Positions 20,976 through 30,520 are shown, numbered from the stretch's first letter. The stretch: DNA of 32,000 nt from Nitrosospira multiformis ATCC 25196 (GCF_000196355.1 NC_007614.1:3000001-3032000), one strand, 5' to 3'. A program made the numbers and translations. The notes: a model not told the origin generated them from the sequence alone.

Positions 20976-21917
20976 GTGACGATGACTTCCCTGCTTGAAC
21001 TTCGGCACCTCCGCACTCTCGCAGCCTTGGATGAAACAGGCAGCGTCTCGCGGGCGGCAAAACGCGTGCACCTGACCCAATCGGCATTGTCGCACCAAAT
21101 CAAAGCGTTGCAGAACCATTACGGCTTGCCGATATTGCGCCGCCAGGGGCAAAGCATCGAACTGACTGAAGCGGGACAGCATCTGGTCACGTTGGCGCGC
21201 AAGGTACTCGAGGAAATACAGGCGACTGAACGAAATCTTGCCAAAATGTCGGAGCATGCCTCAGGTAGCTTGCGCATCGTACTGGAGTGCCACACCTGCT
21301 TCGACTGGCTGATGCCGCTGATGGACGCATTCCGCCAGAACTGGCCGGAGGTCGAACTCGATCTGGTTTCGGGATTTCACAGCGATCCCCTTCAGCTTCT
21401 GGAGGAAGGCGGGGCAGATGTAGTGATCGGATCGGAGCAGACTGAGCGACGCAGCATCGTTCACCACCCGCTCTTCCGCTTCGAAATTCTTGCGGTGCTG
21501 GCGCCGGAACACCCGTTACGCGCGAAGAAAATCCTGCATGCACGCGACTTCGCCGGCGAGACGCTGATCACCTATCCCGTGCCGGAAGAGCGTATCGATC
21601 TTATTCGCAACGTGCTGAAACCGGCAGGCGTTCAACCCGAGCGGCGCACAGCCGAGCTTACCGTGGCGATCCTGCAACTGGTCGCCAGCCGACGGGGTAT
21701 TGCCGCGCTGCCCAGCTGGGGACTTAAAAACTATGTCGAGCACGATTATGTAATCGCGCGACGCATTGGTCCGCAAGGACTGTGGAGTGACTTGTACGTA
21801 TCAACGCTGGCGGAAACCGCCACCCGGCCCTATCTGCGCGATTTTCTGGTTACTGCAAGGAATACGTGCTTCGCAACGCTGGATGGAATCATTCCCCTGA
21901 AGTCGGCGGAGCAATAA
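20976..21917 (+). CDS. metR: LysR-type transcriptional regulator MetR
   Basis: LELRHLRTLAALDETGSVSRAAKRVHLTQSALSHQIKALQ HTH; LRIVLECHTCFDWLMPLMDAFRQNWPEVELDLVSGFHSDP is MetR-typical. Divergent from metE. Start is GTG 20976 or ATG 20982. Confidence 0.93.
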   Translation: MTMTSLLELRHLRTLAALDETGSVSRAAKRVHLTQSALSHQIKALQNHYGLPILRRQGQSIELTEAGQHLVTLARKVLEEIQATERNLAKMSEHASGSLRIVLECHTCFDWLMPLMDAFRQNWPEVELDLVSGFHSDPLQLLEEGGADVVIGSEQTERRSIVHHPLFRFEILAVLAPEHPLRAKKILHARDFAGETLITYPVPEERIDLIRNVLKPAGVQPERRTAELTVAILQLVASRRGIAALPSWGLKNYVEHDYVIARRIGPQGLWSDLYVSTLAETATRPYLRDFLVTARNTCFATLDGIIPLKSAEQ

Positions 21918-22033
21918 GCGCCCAACAGGTAGCAGACAGGAGAAACAGTGGAGAGAAGAAGTGAAGAAGAGGTATAAAGAGAAGGAGGCGGGATAGGCAG
22001 GCAAGTACAAACTGCCTCGGAGTGACCGGTAAA

Positions 22034-22066
22034 CTGGCAGGCCCCGAATGACGAAGGGCCTGCCAG
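22034..22066. terminator. perfect inverted repeat, candidate bidirectional terminator/attenuator between convergent metR and the CADD-like gene
   Basis: CTGGCAGGCCC (22034-22044) and GGGCCTGCCAG (22056-22066), 11-bp perfect arms with 11-nt loop. Only weak T-runs flank it. Confidence 0.45.
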
Positions 22067-22089
22067 ACAGAAGTTTCCCTGAAATTTCC

Positions 22090-22833
22090 TCAGTGCAGCG
22101 TGACCGGCTCCTCTTCTTCGCAGGCGAGATCGGCGCAATACTTCTCATAAACACCGTCCAGGAACCCCCACAACGCCTCGCATGCGCGCATGGTCGCGGC
22201 GAGCACCTCGGCCTGCTTCTCCGGGGTGTCGGCAAACCGCTCGATCAGCATCCATTCAGCCTGGGAATGATATACATCCGCTTCCTCATGAACACTGAAG
22301 AACTCGTAGCTTGAGGGATCGCTCATTCCATAATATTTCTCCAGTCCATCAATTTTTACCGAAGCGATGGACGGCACCTGCGATTCAAAGGCATGCAACG
22401 CGGCAAGACCTGCATAGAACGGCTGGTTCAGGCAGATGTCGCGGAAGGTGGAAACCAGCCGTGCGGTTCCGGGCAGGGCCGAGGCGCGTGCGAGATCCTT
22501 ATCGCTCGACCCCAAGGCAAGGGCGAAATTCTTCCACAAGGCCGGATGGTTCTTGTCGCCATGCTCTTCGCTGATGAGGTTGTTGAGCACTTCCTGGCGC
22601 ACACTGATGTCGCCGCTATTGTCTTCGCTATGAAAATGCGGTGTGTTGAAATGTACAGCGCTCAGATAAGTCGGTTCGGCCAGCACGTTGTGAAAATATT
22701 GTTCGGCATAACCGCGCAGCTGCTCCTTGGTGAGCTTGCCTGCCGTCCAGGCCTGATAAAAAGGATGCTTCAACAAGTGCTTCGCATCAATGATAGAATC
22801 AACTTTTTGCTTGAAAGATGAGTGGCTTGTCAT
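22090..22833 (-). CDS. CADD-like/PqqC-like (TenA/haem-oxygenase-fold) metalloenzyme, probable non-canonical p-aminobenzoate synthase
   Basis: 247 aa; HPFYQAWTAGKLTKEQLRGYAEQYFHNV, ISEEHGDKNHPALW, ALHAFESQVPSIASVKIDGLEKYYG, SVHEEADVYHSQAE. Candidate ligands E89, H96, E150, H182, D186, H189 plus K160. Good SD (AGAGGA) upstream of ATG at 22833. Confidence 0.8.
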   Translation of the reverse strand: MTSHSSFKQKVDSIIDAKHLLKHPFYQAWTAGKLTKEQLRGYAEQYFHNVLAEPTYLSAVHFNTPHFHSEDNSGDISVRQEVLNNLISEEHGDKNHPALWKNFALALGSSDKDLARASALPGTARLVSTFRDICLNQPFYAGLAALHAFESQVPSIASVKIDGLEKYYGMSDPSSYEFFSVHEEADVYHSQAEWMLIERFADTPEKQAEVLAATMRACEALWGFLDGVYEKYCADLACEEEEPVTLH

Positions 22834-23244
22834 GGTTTTCCTCTAAAGCAGAGATGGTAATTCAGAGAATTTCCGGAGTAATCGGTTTGCATATCATCTA
22901 CAAATAACGCGCGTAAGTCAAATTCGGTTCACTTTCTCGTACTGGAATCCGTCGATTTTTACCGTCTTTTGGCGTCGGAAAGAGCGTGATACCCCTACTC
23001 AGCATGGGGCATGATGGCTTGATCAAGGTGTCGGCTCCGTGGCTGTGGCTCCTGGAAATTCCTGAATAATGCGTGGCGCCCCGATACTTCAGAAGGAATC
23101 GAAAGTAAAGTGAATATGAGCGATTAAGAAAAGCTGATCAGCAAAACTGATGTGGTTAATTCAAGGAGCTACATGTAATAACCTGTATTTATTCCCGTCA
23201 GCCTATTTGATCTTCACGAACAAGTGCGACTGGCAGGACTCCTG

Positions 23245-24123
23245 CTAGATCAGGGCCTTCCCGATAGGGCGAGTGACCGCCGGTGCTGCGGTGAGAGTGC
23301 AGCCGACACTCGCCGAGATCATTGTTGCCACGGCCAGCCACTGAACCAGGGTCAGTTGTTCTCCTAAAATGAGATAGCCAGCGAGTGCGCCGATGGCAGG
23401 CGCGCTGCTGATGATGACCCCGAACATGCGACTGCTTAGTCTCTCCAAAGCCTTCATTTCCAGCATGTAGGGAATTGCGCTCGACAACAATGCCACCACA
23501 AGGCCGAGCCATAGTACCGGGCTAACAAGGAGTTTCTCTCCCGCCATCACTATCCCGAAAGGCAGCGTTACGGTGCAGGCAATCGACGTCCCGAGGGCCA
23601 CCGCCGTCTTGCTTCCCAGTTCGGATGCCCGTTTTCCAAACAGGATGTAAAGCGCCCAGCACCCGGCCGCGCCGAAGGCAAAAGCGATCCCGAAGGGATC
23701 CAGTCGGGCCTGACTGCCGGGCCAGGGCATCAGCATTAACAAGCTCATCACAGCAAGCGCGAACCAGAAGAAATCCCGGATCGAACGCGACGTCAGCAGG
23801 ACAACCGAAAGGGGGCCGCTAATCTCGATCGCGATGGCTACTCCGATGGGGAGGCGCTCGATTGCCAAGTAGATAAGGAGGTTCATACCTCCCAAGGCAA
23901 GCCCGTAGAGTGCAAGAAAGGTGGTTTGCCGCTTCGTGAAGGCAATCCCCCAGGGCCGTGATATCGCCAGCAGGACCAAAGCCGAAATGCCCGTCCTGAG
24001 CGCCGCAACCCCCTCGGGTCCAACCAGCGGAAAGAGGCTCTTTCCCAAAGCCGCTCCCAGATTGGTGGATAACTGAGCCACGACTATCGCCAGACCCGCA
24101 AAAGCTACTTTTTGATCCATCAT
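23245..24123 (-). CDS. EamA-family transporter (RhtA-like amino acid/threonine exporter)
   Basis: About 10 TM helices; LSTNLGAALGKSLFPLVGPEGVAALRTGISALVLLAISRPW, YLAIERLPIGVAIAIEISGPLSVVLLTSR, ALERLSSRMFGVIISSAPAIGALAGYLILGEQLTLVQW. ORF opens at 24207; M at 24123 or 24120 is more likely. Confidence 0.88.
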   Translation of the reverse strand: MMDQKVAFAGLAIVVAQLSTNLGAALGKSLFPLVGPEGVAALRTGISALVLLAISRPWGIAFTKRQTTFLALYGLALGGMNLLIYLAIERLPIGVAIAIEISGPLSVVLLTSRSIRDFFWFALAVMSLLMLMPWPGSQARLDPFGIAFAFGAAGCWALYILFGKRASELGSKTAVALGTSIACTVTLPFGIVMAGEKLLVSPVLWLGLVVALLSSAIPYMLEMKALERLSSRMFGVIISSAPAIGALAGYLILGEQLTLVQWLAVATMISASVGCTLTAAPAVTRPIGKALI

Positions 24124-24496
24124 TGCTCTCAATGTTTCCCCGGAGCATACGCGTCTTATGTTGAACTGTGCCAGGATTGTCAGACTTGGCCTCCCCGCTT
24201 GCAACACCTTGCGCTAACCTCGAGATGACGAGATGTTTTGAGAAATCCTTGGATCCGGATGTCATCGAGGAATCGATGCATTTTGCCGGTTATCCCCGGT
24301 TGGGCTTCCGAATGGCGCGCCAAGGCGCGTTGCTGGTACAATCCTGATGAGCTATCAGGTGCAGGAGTCGTAATAAGGATTCCGCGCCTTTCACTCAGGC
24401 TACGCGCCTTCACTTTGCAAGCCTTTATCGGGCTGAAGATTTATTCAACGCTTTTCTTAGCTGAAACGCGGCTTTATTTTCTCAAGCAGGGTTGCC

Positions 24497-24919
24497 ATGG
24501 ATGAGCAATCGAGTCTGCTGGCGCTGTTCACCAGCAGCTTTCTTGCTGCCACGTTACTTCCGGGCGGCTCGGAAGCAGTACTATTTGGCGTGCTGACAGC
24601 CTACCCCGAGCTTTATTGGTCTGCTCTGGGACTTGCTTCAATTGGCAACACCATGGGAGGCATGAGTTCCTATGCGATAGGCCTCTTGCTGCCCGATGAG
24701 AAGTCTCTGCTTAAAAGATTGGGGGGGAGCACGCGGGGTTTGATCTGGGTGCGCAAATATGGCAGCCCGGTCCTGCTGCTCGCCTGGGTGCCTATCATCG
24801 GGGATGTGCTATGCGTGGCAGCGGGATGGCTTCGAATTAACTGGATATCGACCATGCTGTTCATGGCCGTGGGAAAGTTTGCCCGATACTGGGTCATCGC
24901 GGCTGCGATCAGCCTGTAG
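24497..24919 (+). CDS. YqaA-family membrane protein (VTT/SNARE-associated-like)
   Basis: 140 aa; FLAATLLPGGSEAVLFGVLTAYPELYWSALGLASIGNTMGGMSSYAIGLLLP and KYGSPVLLLAWVPIIGDVLCVAAGWLR. Confidence 0.85.
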   Translation: MDEQSSLLALFTSSFLAATLLPGGSEAVLFGVLTAYPELYWSALGLASIGNTMGGMSSYAIGLLLPDEKSLLKRLGGSTRGLIWVRKYGSPVLLLAWVPIIGDVLCVAAGWLRINWISTMLFMAVGKFARYWVIAAAISL

Positions 24920-25049
24920 GCAATCTATGAACGATCTATGGTCGCTTCAGCCCCGCTTCCTGAGCTCCAAGCTTCGTTGATGGACTCAGGGGAGGTCATC
25001 GGACAGCATTCCCCCCGCCGATACCAATCAATCGATCAATTACCGGGAT

Positions 25050-25370
25050 TTACTTTGCTTCGGCACTTTCCAGCAGCTTTTGCAGCTCACCGCTCTGGTA
25101 CATTTCGGAAACAATGTCCGAGCCGCCGATAAACTCTCCATTGACATAGAGCTGCGGGATGGTAGGCCAGTTTGAGTAATCCTTGATGCCTTGGCGGAAT
25201 TCCGGTTCGGCGAGCACATCCACTGCGAAAAGATCATCCACGCCGCAAGCATTGAGGATTTTTACCGCATGGGCCGAAAAACCGCACTGCGGGGCTGCCG
25301 GCGAACCTTTCATGTAGAGCACCACGGGATGCGTGGTCACTTGTTGCTTGATGATTTCCTGCGTATCCAT
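25050..25370 (-). CDS. grxD: monothiol glutaredoxin, Grx4 family
   Basis: 106 aa; [28 protein letters not shown] with CGFS active site; [29 protein letters not shown]. Confidence 0.96.
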   Translation of the reverse strand: MDTQEIIKQQVTTHPVVLYMKGSPAAPQCGFSAHAVKILNACGVDDLFAVDVLAEPEFRQGIKDYSNWPTIPQLYVNGEFIGGSDIVSEMYQSGELQKLLESAEAK

Positions 25371-25449
25371 ATCTGACTCCTCAAAAAACGTTGGTTCGGA
25401 TTATCGGGGGAAAGCCCTCCAGGAGGAGGCAATTCTTCGATATATCGTA

Positions 25450-26310
25450 TTAATATCGCATTTTAGCAGCTTCTCCCGGGAAACTCCTAAACCATCCACC
25501 ACTTACCCGCATTATTCCAGCGAGATCGGGCTGGGAGAACACCTCCCTGAAACCCGCTTCCCTCAGGAGGCATCTGCAAGCTTCCGCCTGATCGTAACCG
25601 TGTTCCAGCAGCAGTGACCCCTCGGGCGCCAGATGAGCGGGAGCGGAATCAATGATCAACCGGATACAGCCAAGGCCTTCGCTTGGGGCCACGAGCGCGA
25701 TCTGGGGCTCGAAGCGCAGATCGCCCTGGGCCAGATGAGGATCGTCCCCCGCTATATAAGGCGGGTTGGAGACGATCAGATCGAAGCTTTCGCCAGCCAC
25801 TCCCTCAAACCAGTCTGCCTCGATAACACGCACATTATTCAGGCTGAAGCGGGCGGCGTTGGCGTTGGCAACGGCGACCGCGGCGGCTGAAACATCGACT
25901 GCGGTAACCTTTGCCAGCGGTCGATGTGTGGCCAGGGTCAGCGCGATAGCGCCGCTGCCCGTCCCCAGATCAAGTATCCTGCAGGGACGCTGCGGAGGAA
26001 TCCGCGCCAGCGCGAGATCGATCAATAATTCGGTTTCGGGTCGGGGAACGAGTACCGCAGGCGTGACGTTGAACTCGAGACTGTAGAACTCGCGCCTCCC
26101 CGTCAGATAAGCAACCGGTTCACCAAGGGTGCGCCGGCCTGTCAGCAGGTAAAACGCCTGCGCCTGCTCAGCGGTCAGTTTCTGCTCGGGATGAGCAAGA
26201 AGGTAAGCATGATTTACGTCGAGCACGTACTGCAACAGCATCCGCGCGTCGATATCGGCAATGTTCCGGCGGGCTTGTCCCAGCGCTTCGAAAATGGTGA
26301 GGGACGACAC
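25450..26310 (-). CDS. prmC: peptide chain release factor N5-glutamine methyltransferase
   Basis: RILDLGTGSGAIALTLA and FDLIVSNPPYIAGDDPHL motifs; follows prfA. ORF extends to 26379, but a GTG at 26310 (VSSLTIFEALGQARR) just after the prfA stop is the likely start. Confidence 0.93.
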   Translation of the reverse strand: MSSLTIFEALGQARRNIADIDARMLLQYVLDVNHAYLLAHPEQKLTAEQAQAFYLLTGRRTLGEPVAYLTGRREFYSLEFNVTPAVLVPRPETELLIDLALARIPPQRPCRILDLGTGSGAIALTLATHRPLAKVTAVDVSAAAVAVANANAARFSLNNVRVIEADWFEGVAGESFDLIVSNPPYIAGDDPHLAQGDLRFEPQIALVAPSEGLGCIRLIIDSAPAHLAPEGSLLLEHGYDQAEACRCLLREAGFREVFSQPDLAGIMRVSGGWFRSFPGEAAKMRY

Positions 26311-26321
26311 CGGCCGGTAAT

Positions 26322-27398
26322 CTACTCCGCCATTGCCGCCAACTGCTCGGCCTGATGCTCGGCCAGCAGGGCCGAGCAAAGCTCGTTCAAATCCCCATCC
26401 ATGATCTGCTCGATCTTGTACAGCGTCAGATTGATGCGGTGATCCGTTATCCGCCCCTGGGGAAAATTGTAAGTGCGGATACGTCCTGAACGATTACCCG
26501 TGCCTACCAGCGACTTGCGCGTTGCCGCCTGTTTGCTTTGCTGCTCCTGCATCTGCTTGTCGCGGATGCGCGCAGCCAGCACGCTCATCGCCTGCGCCTT
26601 GTTTTTATGTTGGGAACGGCCATCCTGGCATTCGACCACGATTCCCGTCGGCAGGTGAGTGATGCGCACGGCAGAATCAGTCTTGTTGATATGCTGGCCT
26701 CCCGCCCCGGAAGCACGGAAAGTATCGATCCTCAGCTCGGCAGGATTGAGCGCGACATCCTCGATCTCGTCTGCCTCCGGCATCACCGCGACGGTGCAAG
26801 CGGAAGTATGGATACGTCCCTGCGTTTCGGTCGCTGGCACGCGCTGCACCCGGTGCCCACCCGATTCAAACTTGAGTTTGGAATAGGCGCCTTCACCGCT
26901 GATCTTGGCAATGATTTCCTTATATCCGCCGACGTCGGACGGGCTTTGCGAAATGATTTCCACCTGCCAGCGCTGGCGTTCAGCAAAGCGTGCATACATG
27001 CGGAACAGGTCCGCCGCAAACAGCGCGGACTCGTCTCCTCCGGTACCGGCCCGGATCTCCAGAAAAATATTGCGCTCATCGTTCGGGTCTTTGGGCAGCA
27101 ATTGCTTCTGCAATTCCGCGCCATAACGCACCAGCCTCTCTTTGGCATCCCGTATCTCGGCATCGGCAAACTCGCGCATTTCCGCCTCGGCAGCCATCTC
27201 CTGCGCGGTATGAATATCCTGCTCGCTTTGCAGATAAGCGTTATACAGGTCGACCACGGGGGCAATCTCCGCACGTTCGCGCGTCAGCTTGCGGTATTGA
27301 TCGAGATTGACCGTGATGCTTTCGCTGCTCAGCAGACGATTCAACTCCTCCAGGCGCACGCTGAGTTGCGTGAGCTTGGCAGTCATACTTTTGTTCAT
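26322..27398 (-). CDS. prfA: peptide chain release factor 1
   Basis: 358 aa; GGQ motif in [44 protein letters not shown]. Confidence 0.97.
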
Positions 27399-28657
27399 TC
27401 TGAGGGATGAAGGTGATACAGGCGGCTGATCAGGTCGACCAGATCGTCACGCTCGTCCTCAGCGGCGTGGTTGAGCGCATAGGAGGGTAAATGGAGGAAC
27501 TTGTTGGTAAGCCCGTTGCTCAGGGATTCGATGATTTTCCGCGGATCCTCCCCTTTGGCCAGCAGTTTTTTTGCCCGTTCCAGTTCATGCCGTCGGTAAC
27601 GCTCCGCCTGGTCGCGCAAGGCGCGTATGGTGGGCACAACCTGGCGCGATTCCAGCCAGTGCATGAAATTGACCACATTCGAGTCGATAATCGCCTCTGC
27701 CTGCGCCACCGCCCCCTGCCGGGAATCCAGGCCTTCCTTGACGATATCGGCAAGATCATCCACAGAATAGAGGAACACGTCATCCAGTTCCGCCACCTCG
27801 GGCTCCACGTCCCGTGGCACCGCAAGATCCACCATGAAAATCGGTCGGTGCTTGCGTGCCTTGATCGCCCGCTCCAGCATGCCCTTGCCGAGAATGGGGA
27901 GCGTGCTCGCGGTACAGGTGACGACAATATCATGAAGCGCCAACTGGTCGGGCAATTCATTCAGGGTGATGACTTGCCCGTTCAACCGGTGCGCCAGGGC
28001 CTGTGCCCGCTCGACAGTCCGATTGGCGACGGTAATGCGCTTCGGATGACGGGCAGCGAAATGGCTCGCGCAGAGCTCGATCATCTCGCCCGCACCGATG
28101 AATAACACGCGCTGCTCGCCGATGTCTCCAAAAATGCGCTCCGCCAGCCGGGTGGAGGCCGCTGCCATGGAAACGGAATTTGTCCCGATTTCGGTGGAGC
28201 TGCGAACCTCCTTCGCAACAAAAAAGGTGCGCTGGAACAGCTTGTGCAACAGCATGCCGAGCGTGCCCGCATGCTCAGCCGATTTCACCGCATCCTTCAA
28301 CTGGCCAAGTATCTGCGGTTCGCCCAGTACCATGGAATCCAGTCCGCTGGCAACGCGGAAAGCGTGCTTCACGGCCTTTTCCCTCGGCAGCCTGTAGAGA
28401 TACGGCTCAAGCTCGCGGGTCGGCAAACGGTGAAAATCCGCCAGCCAATGGGTGGCTTCGTCCGGCTTATCGGTACTGCAATAAATCTCGGTGCGATTGC
28501 AGGTGGAAACAATCGCCGCCTCTCTCACCGGACGATGGCTTACCAGATCATGCAGCGCATGCTCCATCGCATCCGCGGGGAACGACACCTGCTCGCGCAC
28601 ATCGAGCGGCGCGGTCTGATGGTTGATGCCAAAGGCAAATAACTGCGTCGAGGACAC
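27395..28657 (-). CDS. hemA: glutamyl-tRNA reductase
   Basis: [20 protein letters not shown]...[11 protein letters not shown]...[19 protein letters not shown]...[14 protein letters not shown]; 4-nt overlap with prfA. Confidence 0.97.
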
Positions 28658-29059
28658 GTTGGCTCAGTACCGGCTGAATTTTAAAATTTCGTGATTATAG
28701 TATTACAAGCATTTGAATACCAACAATTGGAAGAGTTTCGGGTCCAGAAAAAAATATGGGAACAGTGTCAAGCGGATCAACCCGCGTCAGAGGAAAACTT
28801 CAGGATGGATCAAAAAAGCAGAGCTGCAAGCTGCCTCAATGCGGCCTGCTCGGGGCTCAAGGTGAACATCATTCTCAACATTAAGAATCTTTTCCAGAAA
28901 ATCTCCGTGACTGATATGCTGCCACAAACTAGTGTGCAATAGCCTGTCTTCAGATTACCTTGACCACGGGTGAGATCAATATCAGCGGAATCACCAAGAC
29001 GAGTAGAGAGGATGGTGCGCGCACGAAAGCACGACCCTATCATTTAGCCCAAGGACCTC

Positions 29060-30241
29060 ATGAACTCCCCCTCCGATGAATCATCAATCGAATTGAAGGC
29101 ACCGGTCCTTGAGGTTGCCGCACCGATTGTTACCGAAAAAATAACCCTCCTTGATACTGAACCAAGGGAAAGAGGCGCAATGGCTCTTTGGATACTTGCA
29201 TTCATTGCCGTCATTGCCGCGCTATATCTGGGCCGGGCTTTCCTTGTTCCGCTATTGTTTGGCATCCTGGTAAGTTACACATTAAGCCCGGTGGTAGATT
29301 GGTTTGAACGTTATCGTATTCCGCGGGCATTGGGGGCGATATGTGTACTGGGAGTGCTCGTCGGGGGCACTTCCTGGATGGCGCTCTCTTTAAGCGCCGA
29401 TGCGGCGATAATGGCTGAACAACTTCCGGAGACGGCGCGCAAGCTGCGGCAGAGCTTAAACATTTTGCGCGATGGGAACTGGAGCACGCTGCGTCATTTT
29501 CAGGAAGCCGCCGATGAGCTCGGGCGGGTGGCTGTCGACGCCGGTCTGGAATCAGCAGACCGCGCAGTCATAATCAAGGAATCGGAAAATAATGCATGGC
29601 TGCGCGATCTTATGCTCACGCAGTCAGCCCTGCTGGTCACGTTTACTGCACAAGCCCCGGTAGTATTGCTGCTTACTTATTTTTTGCTGGCCGCAGGAAG
29701 CCATTTCCGACGCAAACTTGTACGATTTGTCGGGCCACGGCTTTCTCAGAAGAAAGATGCGGTGCGGATACTTGAAGAAGTGGACAGTCAAATCCAGCGC
29801 TACCTCCTTGTCATGTTGATATCAAATGCTTTAATTGCCGTCATGACGTGGCTGGCGTTCGAAATGCTGGGACTGAAGCATCCGGCCGTATGGGGGGTAG
29901 CTGCCGGAGTGCTACATTTTATTCCGTACTTGGGAACTGTTGGAGTTGCGCTCGCCTGCGGCGTTGCCGGGATGCTGCAATTTGGCTCGCTTAGCCAGGC
30001 ATTCTTGCTGGTAGCGGTATTTTTGCTCATTTCGGGTGTGGTGGGAATGATGCTTACCACATGGCTACAGGGCAGATTTGCGCGTGTGAATCCCGCAGTT
30101 CTGTTCATCGCACTGTTATTCTTCGGCTGGCTGTGGGGCGCTGCGGGTTTACTGCTCGGCGCCCCCTTACTGGCTATTGTCAAGGTAATCTGTGATCGAG
30201 TCGAGTCGCTTAAACCGGTCGGTGAACTTTTGGGACAGTAA
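29060..30241 (+). CDS. AI-2E/PerM-family transporter
   Basis: 393 aa polytopic; FGILVSYTLSPVVDWFERYRIPRALGAI, GLKHPAVWGVAAGVLHFIPYLGTVGVALACGVAG, RVNPAVLFIALLFFGWLWGAAGLLLGAPLLAIVKVICD. Confidence 0.9.
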   Translation: MNSPSDESSIELKAPVLEVAAPIVTEKITLLDTEPRERGAMALWILAFIAVIAALYLGRAFLVPLLFGILVSYTLSPVVDWFERYRIPRALGAICVLGVLVGGTSWMALSLSADAAIMAEQLPETARKLRQSLNILRDGNWSTLRHFQEAADELGRVAVDAGLESADRAVIIKESENNAWLRDLMLTQSALLVTFTAQAPVVLLLTYFLLAAGSHFRRKLVRFVGPRLSQKKDAVRILEEVDSQIQRYLLVMLISNALIAVMTWLAFEMLGLKHPAVWGVAAGVLHFIPYLGTVGVALACGVAGMLQFGSLSQAFLLVAVFLLISGVVGMMLTTWLQGRFARVNPAVLFIALLFFGWLWGAAGLLLGAPLLAIVKVICDRVESLKPVGELLGQ

Positions 30242-30452
30242 TTAACTTTCACATCTGCGAATGGGCAATCCCGAAGAAAAGGCGCAAGAGGCTCCTAATG
30301 GAGCCGATGTATGAATCAATAGCGACCCTGCCAGGGCCCCATGCTTAGCTGTTTAAGCAACTTAAGGTAATTTTTAAATGTGGCCTACCGAACAGTATGA
30401 GCTGCCAAAAAACGTTAATCTGATTTCCAATGCCGTAACGATTTACTGAAAT

Positions 30453-30484
30453 AACGGCAAATCATTTCAACAACGGCGAATCAT
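30453..30484. repeat. short direct repeat upstream of the CsbD-like gene
   Basis: AACGGCAAATCAT (30453-30465) and AACGGCGAATCAT (30472-30484): 12/13 identity, 19-nt period. Confidence 0.4.
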
Positions 30485-30520
30485 CATCTCTTAAATTTCG
30501 TAGAAAAAGGAGATTGGTTT

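Noticed and set aside
23004-23069. 22-codon ORF (MGHDGLIKVSAPWLWLLEIPE*) upstream of the CADD-like gene
   Set aside because: Too short, no clear SD, and no recognisable leader-peptide feature such as codon runs or an adjacent attenuator.
28658-29059. Small overlapping ORFs in the hemA-permease gap (28691..28942 +, 28810..29043 -)
   Set aside because: Short, overlapping on opposite strands, no domain signal; treated as divergent promoter region.
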